This document shows, piece by piece, positions 9,166 to 19,334 of a stretch of DNA of 64,000 nucleotides. The stretch is taken from positions 1 through 64,000 of the IMG/VR virus record IMGVR_UViG_2974528084_000001. One strand, 5' to 3'. Origin of the DNA: a virus. Taxonomy: Duplodnaviria; Caudoviricetes. Numbering within the stretch: the first letter of the stretch is position 1; the number at the start of each line of letters is the position of its first letter. The position numbers and the translations under genes were made by a program. A model generated the notes under the pieces. It worked only from the letters and a program-made list of their open reading frames with translations. It did not search any database and was not told where the DNA came from.

Positions 9166-10890
9166 ATGAGTTCAGGACTGCTTGGCCCCAATGGCCAGCC
9201 AATCGACAAGTATGTCGAGTTCGCGGGGAGACCGAAGAATCCCAAGCCGGTTGTTGGTGACGCTTACTCTGACTGGGGTGGGCTGAGCAAGGACTTCATG
9301 CATCTCCCTGGCGGCGGTGTGATCGGCTTCGATACGTCCAAGCTCGGTATCCGAGACTTCCGGCGTATGCGTGAGCACTACCAGATCGGCTCGAGTCTCC
9401 ACGTTCTGACGTTCATGCTCCACCAGCTGGACTGGCGTGTTGAGTGTGACGATCCCAAGGTTGCCGAATGGTGCACCATAAATCTCGAGATGATCTGGAC
9501 TCGTCTCATACGAGCCATGTCTACTGCGTTCGCATTCGGGTTCAGTGCGAACGCGGTGGAGTGGGAGAACGACACGAACGAGGGTAAGCTTCGGCTCAAC
9601 AAGATCAAGGACCTCGTTCCCGAAGAGTGTGAGGTTGCTTGGAAGTATGTTGACTCCGCGCTCAAGCCCGAGGGTCATGTCGCTGCTCCGAAGGTTCCGA
9701 TCTTCGACGGCATCTCCAAGCGAGACACGTCGTACAAGATCGAGGTCACGAACAGTCTGTGGTACCCGTTGCTCATGGAGAACGGAAACTACAAGGGGCG
9801 TCAGCTACTTCGGACTGCGTTTCAGCCGTGGTTCTTCAGCACTCTCATTCACCTGTACCAGAACAAGTACTTCGAACGGTTCGGCGAGCCGGTTCCCATT
9901 GGACGCGCGCCTTACAATGACAAGGTCACCAAAGATGGAAAGACCATCTACGGATACGACCTGATGGCAAGCATCCTCGGCAACATTCGTTCTCGCAGTG
10001 CGGTGGTCCTTCCCAACAGCCGCAGCAAAGAGGGAATGAACGACCAGCCCGAGTACGACTACCAGGTCGAATACCTCGAGTCGCAGATGCGTGGTGCAGA
10101 CTTCGAGCGCTACCTCACCCGCCTCGACGAGGAGATGTCCCTTGCACTCTTTACTCCCCTTCTGCTGTTGCGGACTGCAGATGCAGGTGGATTTAACCAG
10201 GGGATTGCTCACACTCAAATGTACCTGTGGATGCTCAACGCTGTGGCGGGTGACATGGCAGAGTATATCGACAAGTACGTTCTGCGGTACATGGCGATCT
10301 ACAACTTCGGACCGAAAGCCAAGCTCCCACGAATCCGCTTTCGGAAGCTAGGCACCGCGCAGCAGGAGACCCTGCGAGCAATCGTACAGGCGCTGATCAG
10401 CAAGGGGACCGTCAAGCCAGACGTGACCGAGCTGGGTCAGCATATCGGCCTCACCCTCGAGGAAGTCGAAGAGGTTACCGAGCCAGTCGAGGACCCGGAC
10501 TTCCCGCCGAATGATCCTGACGATGACGAGAACGGCAACAAGGACGGACGAGTCGGCCGGCCTGAGCGGCTCAAGGATCAGGACGGAATCAAGCCGGGGT
10601 CTACCACCAAGCAGATCAGCTCTCGTATCGCGGATCAGATCAGGCGTGCATACAAGAAGAACGATTTGCTCGAATGGCAACCGGCCCCCGGGTTCGCCCG
10701 TCAATTGACCGGGGAACTACAAGCAATGGGGCACATGGACGCCCGGCGCGCGGCGTCGGTGTTCAATGACACGGTGATCGGTACGCTCGCGGAAACAGCA
10801 AAGCTCGACTGGGATTCTGCGGATGATTTCGTAGCTTACGCAGAAGGAATCATCAAGGCCGAAGGAGAGAAGCTCTATGCCTCTGCCTAG
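9166..10890 (+). CDS. portal protein (DUF935/Mu gp29-like)
   Basis: Follows TerL; ERFGEPVPIGR and YLTRLDEEMS segments typical of DUF935 portals. Confidence 0.85.
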   Translation: MSSGLLGPNGQPIDKYVEFAGRPKNPKPVVGDAYSDWGGLSKDFMHLPGGGVIGFDTSKLGIRDFRRMREHYQIGSSLHVLTFMLHQLDWRVECDDPKVAEWCTINLEMIWTRLIRAMSTAFAFGFSANAVEWENDTNEGKLRLNKIKDLVPEECEVAWKYVDSALKPEGHVAAPKVPIFDGISKRDTSYKIEVTNSLWYPLLMENGNYKGRQLLRTAFQPWFFSTLIHLYQNKYFERFGEPVPIGRAPYNDKVTKDGKTIYGYDLMASILGNIRSRSAVVLPNSRSKEGMNDQPEYDYQVEYLESQMRGADFERYLTRLDEEMSLALFTPLLLLRTADAGGFNQGIAHTQMYLWMLNAVAGDMAEYIDKYVLRYMAIYNFGPKAKLPRIRFRKLGTAQQETLRAIVQALISKGTVKPDVTELGQHIGLTLEEVEEVTEPVEDPDFPPNDPDDDENGNKDGRVGRPERLKDQDGIKPGSTTKQISSRIADQIRRAYKKNDLLEWQPAPGFARQLTGELQAMGHMDARRAASVFNDTVIGTLAETAKLDWDSADDFVAYAEGIIKAEGEKLYASA

Positions 10891-12412
10891 TATCTCCAAC
10901 AACCCGATCACCTACGGCAAGGTGATGTGGACTGCCATCGTCTCGGTTCTGGACTCGGCTGACCCCGATGACATTCCAGACCTTGACGAGCTCGAAGGTA
11001 ACATCATCTTCAAGCCCAGCGCCCGGTACCTCAAGACGCCGGCCTCGGTCCCGCCGCTCACAATCGCGCTGATGAACAGAAACGTCAGCCTCGAGGATTC
11101 TCAGATCGACGAGCAGGGCCGCAAGTTCATCAAGCTCGAAGCGAGCTCGGCGGGCGTGGTGCCCGACGTGTTCACCTGGACGGCGACATTCAACCTGTCC
11201 TATAAAGGTGTCATGGTCAGTATCCCTGATACCACCTTTCAGTTGCTGCCGGATGATGAGATCGACCTCACCGATTACATCGCTCCGGCAGCACCTGTCG
11301 CTCCGGTGTCGCCCACGATTGACGAGATCTTCGCAGCCCGCAACCAGGCTGTCGCAGCTCGCGACGACATGGTGACGATGCTCGCGGGTATCGGATTCGG
11401 CAGTGCAGAGTTCGCGAGCATCACTCGCGACTACGGGGCGCTCAATGATGGCAGTGGAAACGCGACAGGAGCGTTCGCCGCAGCGCTTGCTGAGCTCAGC
11501 CAGGGCGGCGGCGGTACGCTGATTGTTCCGCCTGGTGTGTACTCGGTTGACACTGTCGGGCTTGTTGATCCTGTCGAGAACGTCGACATCATCTCGCCGT
11601 ACGGCTCGGCATTCATTCGTTCGCGGACTGATGCGCCGCCGCTGAGTGGCTCTTGGTATCGCAGTTCGATCAGCGGTTTGATCTTCGATGCATACAACCT
11701 CGGCGGCTACGGCGCGAACGTGCATATGGTTGAGTCCAAGATTATGGACTGTACGTTCATGGGCTGGACCGGCAGGGGTATGTCGCTCAACGATGGAACG
11801 TACGGCGACCTGGGCCTGCTTAATTACATCTTGCGCAACCATATCATCCAGAGCAGCGGCATCGGAATCTTCCAGACGTACCGCTTCGTTGACTCGTGGA
11901 TCGACTACAACAACGTAGGCTCAACGGACGCGAATATCTCGCTTGAGGGCGGGCCGTTGCGTGTAGGGTTCAATCACTTCAATGGTGCTCCACTGCGGAA
12001 CATTGACCTTCGGGGCAACAGGCGAATCACCATCGTCGGTAACATCGGCGAGGGCGCTCGCGAGGAAGCTGTTCGATACGTCATGCCGCCGTGGCTGACG
12101 GAGGACTCGCCCCAGGTGCAGCTCGTTGCGAACAGCTTCTCCAATGGTGGCAAGGCGGCGGCGGGCGTGCATCCAGCCATCCGAATCCAGGGTCGCGCGG
12201 AGGGCATGAGCACCAAGGGCTTTCTTATCTCGGCAAACAACTTCGGATGCGAGGACGCCGGCTCTGGGTGGAGCAATATCATTCACGCTACCGACGTGAC
12301 TGATCTCAGTATCGTCGGCAACCAGTGGGAAGGCGCATACATGGTGTCTCCACTTTCCGGAACGAGGGTTACGAACTTCATCTCATCTGGAAACTCCAGC
12401 GGTAACACATAA
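10877..12412 (+). CDS. virion protein with right-handed beta-helix (pectate-lyase-3-like; tailspike/depolymerase-like)
   Basis: DYGALNDG...GGGTLIVPPGVY entry motif followed by Gly/Asn-rich parallel beta repeats. Confidence 0.7.
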   Translation: MPLPSISNNPITYGKVMWTAIVSVLDSADPDDIPDLDELEGNIIFKPSARYLKTPASVPPLTIALMNRNVSLEDSQIDEQGRKFIKLEASSAGVVPDVFTWTATFNLSYKGVMVSIPDTTFQLLPDDEIDLTDYIAPAAPVAPVSPTIDEIFAARNQAVAARDDMVTMLAGIGFGSAEFASITRDYGALNDGSGNATGAFAAALAELSQGGGGTLIVPPGVYSVDTVGLVDPVENVDIISPYGSAFIRSRTDAPPLSGSWYRSSISGLIFDAYNLGGYGANVHMVESKIMDCTFMGWTGRGMSLNDGTYGDLGLLNYILRNHIIQSSGIGIFQTYRFVDSWIDYNNVGSTDANISLEGGPLRVGFNHFNGAPLRNIDLRGNRRITIVGNIGEGAREEAVRYVMPPWLTEDSPQVQLVANSFSNGGKAAAGVHPAIRIQGRAEGMSTKGFLISANNFGCEDAGSGWSNIIHATDVTDLSIVGNQWEGAYMVSPLSGTRVTNFISSGNSSGNT

Positions 12413-12426
12413 CAGAAATTGGTGCC

Positions 12427-12732
12427 ATGAAACCAGAGTCGAGACACCCACTGAGGTGTACGTGCAGGACACAGCCGCTGTTGGCTTACTACGGCAGGAA
12501 CAACCGAGGTCGAGCGTTCGTTCATGTAGCTTCATTCAAGAACAAGCGGCCGATCTCGCAGGTGTACACGACTGCACCCATATCAATCTGGTGCCCGTCG
12601 TGCGGGAAATGGTGGAACATCTTCGTGAAGAACGAGAAGCTCACCGCGGAAGAACGACAGAGTGCTCCCCCGGTTCCCGAGCAAAAATCCAAATCGCGGG
12701 TATTGCTGGACAACCCGCCGGATGACCAGTAA
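12427..12732 (+). CDS. Zn-ribbon protein (Mu Com-like)
   Basis: LRCTC...ISIWCPSCGKW. Confidence 0.55.
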   Translation: MKPESRHPLRCTCRTQPLLAYYGRNNRGRAFVHVASFKNKRPISQVYTTAPISIWCPSCGKWWNIFVKNEKLTAEERQSAPPVPEQKSKSRVLLDNPPDDQ

Positions 12733-12735
12733 GGT
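12707..12735 (+). promoter_or_regulatory. candidate capsid-operon promoter
   Basis: TGGACA 12707-12712, 17 nt, TAAGGT 12730-12735; ATG at 12747. Confidence 0.45.
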
Positions 12736-12746
12736 TTGGTGACATT

Positions 12747-13982
12747 ATGACAACGGCCACGCTATCGCCCGCGCAGAGACGGAACTGTGTCTTTGTCCGT
12801 AACCTCGGAGCGCCGACGAAGTCCTACACCAAGCAGGTGGACGACAAGTCGGGCAACGGCGGAACGGTCGAGGCGCTCATTGTCGAAGGCAAGCCGATCT
12901 TCCGGAGCGGTACCTTCTCCGACAGCATGGGCATCGAGCACACATGGGAAACGCTGCACATGAACCAGATGGTGGATCATGCGTCGCTGCTTTCCAGTCG
13001 TGGCATCTTCGAAGACGTTCCGGTTCGCAAGGGCCATCCCGACTGGGGTGGCCTGTTCAGTGATCCGGTTCGGAACGCGATGGACGAGCTCATCGGATAC
13101 ATGGGCAACTTCCGTACCGAGGAGCGGGTCAATCCGGCAGACGGACAGACCTACACATACTTGCTCGCCGACCTCGAGATTCTCCAAGAGGACGCGATCA
13201 AGAACATCAAGTCCGGTCTCTGGCGGAACGTGTCCGCCGAGATCAGCACATACGTCACCAACGGTAATGCCGAGTACTGGCCTGTCATGTATGGGGTGGC
13301 CTACGTAGACATCCCAGCTGTTGAGGGCCTCAAGGCTCAGCACTCCAAGGCGGCGAATCAATTCAGCATCATTCTGGAGGAAGACATGGGACCGACGCCC
13401 AACAACCCCAACCCGCCTGTTCCCAACGAACAGGGCGGCAGCGGGGATCAGAACAACAACGGTGGTGCGAGCAACCACAGCGCACCGACCCCCACCCCGG
13501 CCCCGGCTGCTCCGGCATTCTCGTTCAGCATCGGCGGCCAGCAGACCACCGACTTCTCCGCCGTGCAGGCCCACATCACCAACATCGAGACCGAGAACAA
13601 CTCGCTGAAGCAGTTCAAGCGGGAGTCGGTCGAGGCCGGCCGAGTCGCGTTCGTCAATGGCCTCGTCAAGGCGAACAAGATCTCCGCCGCCGACGAAGAC
13701 AAGTGGGTCGAGTACGCGAAGAAGCAGGACGACGAAGGCTTCGCGCAGTGGAAGGCTCTCATGGAGGGCGTGCCCGCAATGCCGGTCACCAACCCCCAGG
13801 GTGCCGGGTTCTCGCAGAGCCACGACCAGACCCAGCAGACCGATGCCAAGACCGAGCGCATCGACGTGCTCAAGTCCATCGTGTCGGCGCACCAGATGGG
13901 CAACCGCATGACGACCGCCCAGATCATGGAGCAGCCCTCGTACAAGGAGCTGCTGCAGCTCGAGCCGTCCTTCACCCTCTAG
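12747..13982 (+). CDS. capsid maturation protease/scaffold (Mu gpI-like)
   Basis: GHP...WRNVSAEI protease-like N-terminus, Pro/Asn linker, scaffold-like C-terminus; precedes the capsid genes. Confidence 0.75.
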   Translation: MTTATLSPAQRRNCVFVRNLGAPTKSYTKQVDDKSGNGGTVEALIVEGKPIFRSGTFSDSMGIEHTWETLHMNQMVDHASLLSSRGIFEDVPVRKGHPDWGGLFSDPVRNAMDELIGYMGNFRTEERVNPADGQTYTYLLADLEILQEDAIKNIKSGLWRNVSAEISTYVTNGNAEYWPVMYGVAYVDIPAVEGLKAQHSKAANQFSIILEEDMGPTPNNPNPPVPNEQGGSGDQNNNGGASNHSAPTPTPAPAAPAFSFSIGGQQTTDFSAVQAHITNIETENNSLKQFKRESVEAGRVAFVNGLVKANKISAADEDKWVEYAKKQDDEGFAQWKALMEGVPAMPVTNPQGAGFSQSHDQTQQTDAKTERIDVLKSIVSAHQMGNRMTTAQIMEQPSYKELLQLEPSFTL

Positions 13983-14018
13983 GTTCGCGGCCACCCTCAA
14001 CAAGAAGGAAGAAACACA

Positions 14019-14489
14019 ATGGCTGATTTCGTCAAGGGTCGCGAAGAGTACGCGGTCCACGGCAAGCGCCAGATCCTCCGGCACGCTCACCCCGGCTCGT
14101 TCACGGTGGTCTCCAAGACCATCTCGCACGAGGCTTTCCCGGTGGCCGAGGACGCGGACGGCAACCCCGACTACGTGCTGCAGGAGGGCGAGGTCCTCGT
14201 CAACCTGACCTCCGGCCCGCACGCGGGCAAGTGCGTTCCGTTCCAGCTGGACCCGACGACGCCCTTCACCGACGGACGCTCGACCACCGCCAACCTGGTC
14301 GGCGTCTGCAAGGACTACTTCGGCTGGGAGCTCTCCGAGCGCGATGTCGAGGCGGGCGTTCTGGATCGGGGTCACCTGGTGCAGAACTGGTGCACCATCC
14401 GCGATGCAGATGGGAACCGGGTCACCCTGACCAACACGGTAGCCGACGCGCTCCGTAGCAAGAAGAACCTCGACATCCTCTTCTCGTAA
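14019..14489 (+). CDS. head decoration protein
   Basis: Size and position between scaffold and major capsid genes. Confidence 0.65.
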   Translation: MADFVKGREEYAVHGKRQILRHAHPGSFTVVSKTISHEAFPVAEDADGNPDYVLQEGEVLVNLTSGPHAGKCVPFQLDPTTPFTDGRSTTANLVGVCKDYFGWELSERDVEAGVLDRGHLVQNWCTIRDADGNRVTLTNTVADALRSKKNLDILFS

Positions 14490-14501
14490 GGAGACGAACA
14501 A

Positions 14502-15701
14502 GTGACCGCATCACTGGGCATGTTCAACAAGCCCCAGCCCAACGCCTACGGCGCGCAGCCGCTGGACAAGCTCATCCGCAAGGAGGTGGCGCTCGGCGTC
14601 ATCAAGGAGATTGTCAAGCCCGAGGATCACCTCGGCCTGACCCTCTTCCCCTTCAAGGACGTGCCGACCGACGACTACATCTTCTCGTATGTCAAGGGTC
14701 TGACCACCGGCCTGGCCCCCGCCATCGCCGAGTCGGCCGAGTCGGAACTGGCCCAGAAGGACAGCGGCCTGGCCAACCAGGGCCGCGCGTCGATCATCGA
14801 CTGGCGCCTCAAGGATCACTACGACGCCGCCGACGTGCAGCGTTTCCTGGACCTGCAGCTCCTGGCTGAGGCCAACCAGTTCGGACCCTACGGTCTGCCG
14901 AACACCCTGATGGGTGACATCAACCAGCTGCCGCAGCGGATGCAGCGCGACACCGAAGAGCGTCGCCGCCGCCTCGACAACCGAGCCGAGTGGCTCATCA
15001 TGCAGTCGCTGTCCAACGGCGGCATCGCTTACAACGACGGGAACATCAAGTTCTCCGTCGACTGGAAGCGTCCGGTCGACCAGCAGGCGCAGGCCCCGTC
15101 CTCGGGCACCTACGCCTCGACCACCCACGATCCCATCGGTGACATCAACAAGATCAAGCGACTGATCTACAACCGCTACGGCGTCCTGATCACTCGCGCG
15201 ATCTGCTCGAACAAGTTCCTGTTGAGCCTCATCAACTCGGACAAGTTCATCCTCCGTGCAGGACTGGGAACCGCAGCGAACTCGGGCATCGGTCAATCGG
15301 ACATCCCCTACCTGATCAACGGCTGGGGTCCGCAGGTTGCCATCGACATCGTCGAGCAGCAGACCGGCATCAAGTTCATCGAGTACGATTCGGGCTACCG
15401 CAGCAAGCCAGACTTTGCTCAGGGGCCGGTGACCTTCAACCGGTACCTGCCCGAGACGCGCGTCATCTTCATGCCGGACGACAACGCGATGGCCGAGTAC
15501 GACTCCTCGGACATCGGCCTCGGCAAGATGCTGACCAGCCCGCACAGCATGGGCAACGGGTCCGCAGGGTTCTACATGTGGGAGCAGGACACCACGGACC
15601 CCTGGGGCAAGAACGTGGGCACCGGGATCAAGATGTTCCCGCTGTTCCCGCACATGGAGCTCACGTACACAATGGACGTGACCCTCCCCGCCGATCTCTG
15701 A
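14502..15701 (+). CDS. major capsid protein (Phage_cap_E-like)
   Basis: 399 aa, strongly biased codons, RRLDNRAEWLIMQSL signature, position. Confidence 0.85.
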   Translation: MTASLGMFNKPQPNAYGAQPLDKLIRKEVALGVIKEIVKPEDHLGLTLFPFKDVPTDDYIFSYVKGLTTGLAPAIAESAESELAQKDSGLANQGRASIIDWRLKDHYDAADVQRFLDLQLLAEANQFGPYGLPNTLMGDINQLPQRMQRDTEERRRRLDNRAEWLIMQSLSNGGIAYNDGNIKFSVDWKRPVDQQAQAPSSGTYASTTHDPIGDINKIKRLIYNRYGVLITRAICSNKFLLSLINSDKFILRAGLGTAANSGIGQSDIPYLINGWGPQVAIDIVEQQTGIKFIEYDSGYRSKPDFAQGPVTFNRYLPETRVIFMPDDNAMAEYDSSDIGLGKMLTSPHSMGNGSAGFYMWEQDTTDPWGKNVGTGIKMFPLFPHMELTYTMDVTLPADL

Positions 15702-15719
15702 TCGAAAGGAGTTAGCGAC

Positions 15720-15914
15720 ATGGCCTCGAAGAGCACCGTCGTCGTGAAGAAGAAGGGCGCCCGAGGTGGCGTCAACCCCGGCACTGCGGGCACCGGGGCA
15801 GGCCTCCTGCCCTACGGCGCGCAGACCGGTGGACAGTCCAGCGCCGATCCGGTCAAGTCGGTGAAGGCAACGCAGGACAAGAACCGCCGGGCCATCGGGT
15901 ACGGCGAGCGCTGA
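15720..15914 (+). CDS. small basic hypothetical virion-region protein
   Basis: RBS GAAAGGAG, biased codons. Confidence 0.7.
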   Translation: MASKSTVVVKKKGARGGVNPGTAGTGAGLLPYGAQTGGQSSADPVKSVKATQDKNRRAIGYGER

Positions 15915-15920
15915 CAGACT

Positions 15921-15963
15921 CTACGCCGACCGAGTGGCCTTCCCTAGCACTCGGTCGGCGTAG
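15921..15963 (+). terminator. 16-bp perfect hairpin
   Basis: CTACGCCGACCGAGTG-11 nt-CACTCGGTCGGCGTAG. Confidence 0.75.
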
Positions 15964-15986
15964 TCTCGCATCCGCAAAGGAGAATC

Positions 15987-16304
15987 ATGGCAGAGAACAC
16001 CGAGGCTTCGGTCAAGGCCGAAGCCGACGACAACAAGCCGATCGGCCGTCCCGACTCGCCGAACGCCGAAGAGCCCGCCAACGAGGTAGACGCCATCGTC
16101 TACTCGGACGAGGAGCGCGAGGACTACGAGCGCTTCGGGGCAACTCCGCCGCCCGAGCATCCGAACTTCGGAGCTACGTACTTCGACAACAAGTCGGAGG
16201 ACGAGGACTCGGACGAGGGAAAGAAGAAGGAAGAGCCGAAGCAGTCCACGCCGTCGAGCCCGACTGCGCCGCCTGCTCCGCCCGCTCCGAGCGCAAAGGC
16301 CTGA
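15987..16304 (+). CDS. acidic/Pro-rich hypothetical protein
   Basis: RBS AAAGGAG; 105 aa. Confidence 0.7.
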   Translation: MAENTEASVKAEADDNKPIGRPDSPNAEEPANEVDAIVYSDEEREDYERFGATPPPEHPNFGATYFDNKSEDEDSDEGKKKEEPKQSTPSSPTAPPAPPAPSAKA

Positions 16305-16311
16305 TACAGAA

Positions 16312-16830
16312 ATGCCGGCAAACCGCCCCGTGTACTGCACGACAGCGTCTATCCAGACTCACGTGCAGAATATCAAGCTGCCTCAGGGTGCTACCTGGGA
16401 CAGCTTGGCCGAGACCGCTTCCAACGAGGTGGACTCGAATCTCGGTGTGCGGTACGTCACTCCATTTCAGGTCTCGCCCAGTGATCCAGCTCAGCGCGCC
16501 GCCGCCTTCTGGTTGCAGAACGTAACCAGTATGATTGCGGCGGCGCGCCTGATGCTGTCGATCTCGGCGCCCGGTTCGCAAGACAACGCAAACAGCTACG
16601 GTCAGTACTTGCTGCAGAATGCAACGCGACTGATGAACGATGTCATCAGCGGCAAGGTTGATCTCGCAGGAGTAGAAGAGATCGGAGCGAATGACTCCGT
16701 CATTCAGGGTCCGACGATTCTAAATGAAGACGCATTCTCTCAGGTCGATGTCTTCTATGACAACTTCGCACCAGAGGGAATCATGCCCGGCCTTCGGCCC
16801 CGCGAGAAGGGTACGCCGTGGCCGAGATAG
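16312..16830 (+). CDS. head-to-tail adaptor (Mu gp36-like)
   Basis: YCT...ASNEVDSNLGVRYVTP pattern; position. Confidence 0.65.
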   Translation: MPANRPVYCTTASIQTHVQNIKLPQGATWDSLAETASNEVDSNLGVRYVTPFQVSPSDPAQRAAAFWLQNVTSMIAAARLMLSISAPGSQDNANSYGQYLLQNATRLMNDVISGKVDLAGVEEIGANDSVIQGPTILNEDAFSQVDVFYDNFAPEGIMPGLRPREKGTPWPR

Positions 16831-17315
16831 TTCTCGAGACGATCGTTGACGTAAGCCGTCCGACTCTCAGAATCAAGGCTTACCAGGACAGGGTAGAGGG
16901 CGCATCCCTTGCTGCATTCATGCAGGGATTCGCAGCCCCACTCCTCCAGGACCGTGCACATGACCGCTTCGAAGGTGAAGGCGATTCGGCGTCGGGGAAG
17001 TGGAAGCCACTGCAGCCCTCGACCATCGCCCGCCGTGAGAAGGCTGGGCAGGTGCCAATCAAGATCAACGACAGGACCGGCACCATGCGGGCCTGGGTGG
17101 AGAGCGCGCAGGGTAGGATCACCGCCGTCAAGTATGCGGCAGTGCTTGAGTGGCCAGGCACTCCGTCCAACCGGACGATCGGCAAGAAGCTCAAGGTTGC
17201 GCAGATGGGCTTGCCTACTCCGTACACGCCGCCTCGTCCTGTAGTGGCAATCGAGGGTGAGGACTTGCTAACCATCCTCGTCGCAATGGAGAACTGGATT
17301 GGAGCAGTGCCGTGA
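16818..17315 (+). CDS. virion morphogenesis/neck protein (Mu gpG-like)
   Basis: RFEGEG...WKPLQPSTIARR...PPRP pattern. Confidence 0.65.
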   Translation: MAEIVLETIVDVSRPTLRIKAYQDRVEGASLAAFMQGFAAPLLQDRAHDRFEGEGDSASGKWKPLQPSTIARREKAGQVPIKINDRTGTMRAWVESAQGRITAVKYAAVLEWPGTPSNRTIGKKLKVAQMGLPTPYTPPRPVVAIEGEDLLTILVAMENWIGAVP

Positions 17316-17797
17316 TCGAGAGTCCCGGCGATACTTTCTTTCCGTACAACGCGATCGAGGCTCTCGAGAATGGAACTCGAGCCTACATCGACCCGACGCT
17401 GACGTTCGAGCGTCGCAGACTTCTGGTGACGGACCCCAATGACACTGTTGGCATTGTTCCAATCAGTTGGAATCCGGCAGCAGGAGAGATCGGAAGGGTT
17501 GAATCTTCGATCCAGCTTTACACGATCTACATTCAGACGTTGATCGTTGATCCCGACGAGGCACGAGGACTGCAGACGCACTCCTACTTCGCGAAGCGCA
17601 TGAGGGAAATGCTTGTGCGCAACCCGGTCCTTCGTGTAGCGTTGGGGAAACTCGAGACGGTTGACCCGGCGGGCGTGAAAGAAAAGACTTCAAACGTCAC
17701 TGTTGGCGAGCAAGTCTTCCACAACCAGGAGACCGACGGTAACTGGCGGTACCTGAGTACGCTTGAGCTTCGGCTCGAAACCCAGATCAGTAACTAG
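17312..17797 (+). CDS. tail terminator/completion protein
   Basis: Position before the major tail gene; GTGA overlap. Confidence 0.55.
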   Translation: MIESPGDTFFPYNAIEALENGTRAYIDPTLTFERRRLLVTDPNDTVGIVPISWNPAAGEIGRVESSIQLYTIYIQTLIVDPDEARGLQTHSYFAKRMREMLVRNPVLRVALGKLETVDPAGVKEKTSNVTVGEQVFHNQETDGNWRYLSTLELRLETQISN

Positions 17798-17810
17798 TAA
17801 GGGAGTTGTA

Positions 17811-18161
17811 ATGGCTGAAGCGCCAACCCCCGAAGAGCTCGCCGCCAAGCGCCGCGAGCTCCAGGAGCTGCGGCAGCAGAACGCTGACACGCAGTCCGGT
17901 CGGGACCAGAAGGCTGCCGAGGAGCGTCGTCGTCGTGAGTACGAGGCGATCCAGGCGGACATCAACTACGAACTCCAGGCCCAGGCGATCCTCGAAGGCA
18001 AGCCGCTGCCGGACTTCAACGAGCCGCCCACCAACGAGCCACCGGACACCGCGAGCGTCCCGGCCAACACCGACCAGACCCCCGATCAGTCGGCACCTCA
18101 GACGCCGACTCCTCCGCAGGTCAACCTCGGCGGGGACGACGACAACCAGGAAGGGGCGTAA
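17811..18161 (+). CDS. hypothetical protein (coiled coil + Pro-rich)
   Basis: ATG 17811 after AAGGGAG. Confidence 0.65.
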   Translation: MAEAPTPEELAAKRRELQELRQQNADTQSGRDQKAAEERRRREYEAIQADINYELQAQAILEGKPLPDFNEPPTNEPPDTASVPANTDQTPDQSAPQTPTPPQVNLGGDDDNQEGA

Positions 18162-18164
18162 GTC

Positions 18165-19184
18165 ATGGGCGTCAGTTCACAGCAGGGCGTCTTCGGGCTG
18201 AAGACCCAGACCTCTCGTGGCGTCGCTGCCACCAATATCGGGACCACCGGCCTCGCGATGTATCGCACCGGCGGCTCGATGACTCCGAACCGGGAACTCA
18301 TGATCCCGGACGCAGAGATCGGCGGCGGTCGCGACGTGCCCGACGCGCTGCTCGGACCCATCTCGTTCGGCGGCGACATCGAGTACTACACCCGATTCAA
18401 CTCCATCGGCATCCTGTTGAAGGCCGCCCTCGGTGCCCCGGTCAGTGCAGCGGGCACTGCCACCGGCACCAACGTGCATACCTTCACTCCGACGGATGCA
18501 ACCACGCTTCCGTTCCTGACGGTGTACGAGCGCATCGGTGCAGACCTCGAGCGCATTCTGTACACTGATGTCGTGGTGAACACCCTGCACCTCGAGTCGG
18601 ATGCCGACGGCTACCTCACCGGCACCGCAGGTCTCATCGCCTGCCGTGGCCTGTTCGGCACCCCGGACGTGGACGTCTCGGACGTGCTCGACGAGACCAC
18701 GATCACGGTCGGCACGAACATCCAGGTGCTCTACGACGGCGCGAACATCAAGCCGAAGTCGTTCAGCATCGACATCAACAACAACTTCGAGGACGACGAC
18801 TTCCGTCTCGGCTCCTTCTACCTGGAGGACCTCACCCCGAAGCGCCGCGAGGTCAACGGGTCGCTCACCCTGCGGCACGAGACCAAGGACCTCATGCGGC
18901 AGGCCCTGCTCGGCTCGTCCTCGGCCACCCTGGCCGGCGGTCTCACCACCAAGAAGCCGATCGAGATTCAGATCGACACCTACGGTGAGATCGAGGGATC
19001 GGCTCCGGCCACCCCGTACTCGCTGAACCTGGAGTTCGGCAAGACGGTGTTCGAGCCCTTCGGGTTCGAGCCCTCGGGCGATGACATCCTGGAGTCGGAT
19101 GTCACCTTCCAGGCCCTGCGCCCGGTCGCCACCGATCCGGTGATGACTGCGACCCTGACCAACGGGCTCGCAGCCATCCCGTAA
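18165..19184 (+). CDS. major tail (tube) protein
   Basis: 339 aa, biased codons, Phage_tube_2-like pattern, upstream of chaperones and tape measure. Confidence 0.85.
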   Translation: MGVSSQQGVFGLKTQTSRGVAATNIGTTGLAMYRTGGSMTPNRELMIPDAEIGGGRDVPDALLGPISFGGDIEYYTRFNSIGILLKAALGAPVSAAGTATGTNVHTFTPTDATTLPFLTVYERIGADLERILYTDVVVNTLHLESDADGYLTGTAGLIACRGLFGTPDVDVSDVLDETTITVGTNIQVLYDGANIKPKSFSIDINNNFEDDDFRLGSFYLEDLTPKRREVNGSLTLRHETKDLMRQALLGSSSATLAGGLTTKKPIEIQIDTYGEIEGSAPATPYSLNLEFGKTVFEPFGFEPSGDDILESDVTFQALRPVATDPVMTATLTNGLAAIP

Positions 19185-19210
19185 GCACCCCGGTTACCTC
19201 CTGGGGGAAC

Positions 19211-19256
19211 CAGGCTCCCGCATCGAGACCGGCGAACCTCTCGGTGCGGGAGCCTG
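19211..19256 (+). terminator. 18-bp hairpin directly before the tRNA
   Basis: CAGGCTCCCGCATCGAGA-10 nt-TCTCGGTGCGGGAGCCTG (one G:U pair). Confidence 0.7.
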
Positions 19257-19260
19257 TCCA

Positions 19261-19334
19261 TGATCCATAGCTCAATTCGGCAGAGCGCCCGACTGTTAAT
19301 CGGGTGGTTGTAGGTTCAAGTCCTACTGGGTCAG
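19261..19334 (+). tRNA. trnN: tRNA-Asn(GTT), CCA not encoded
   Basis: Cloverleaf: acceptor TGATCCA/TGGGTCA, D-arm GCTC/GAGC, anticodon arm CCCGA-CTGTTAA-TCGGG, T-arm GTAGG-TTCAAGT-CCTAC. Confidence 0.93.

Noticed and set aside
12762-14501. 579-aa minus-strand ORF, and similar long antisense ORFs (e.g. 14511-15653, 19596-20777, 27564-28880, 30155-31831)
   Set aside because: Shadow frames opposite strongly GC3-biased structural genes; no motifs or RBS
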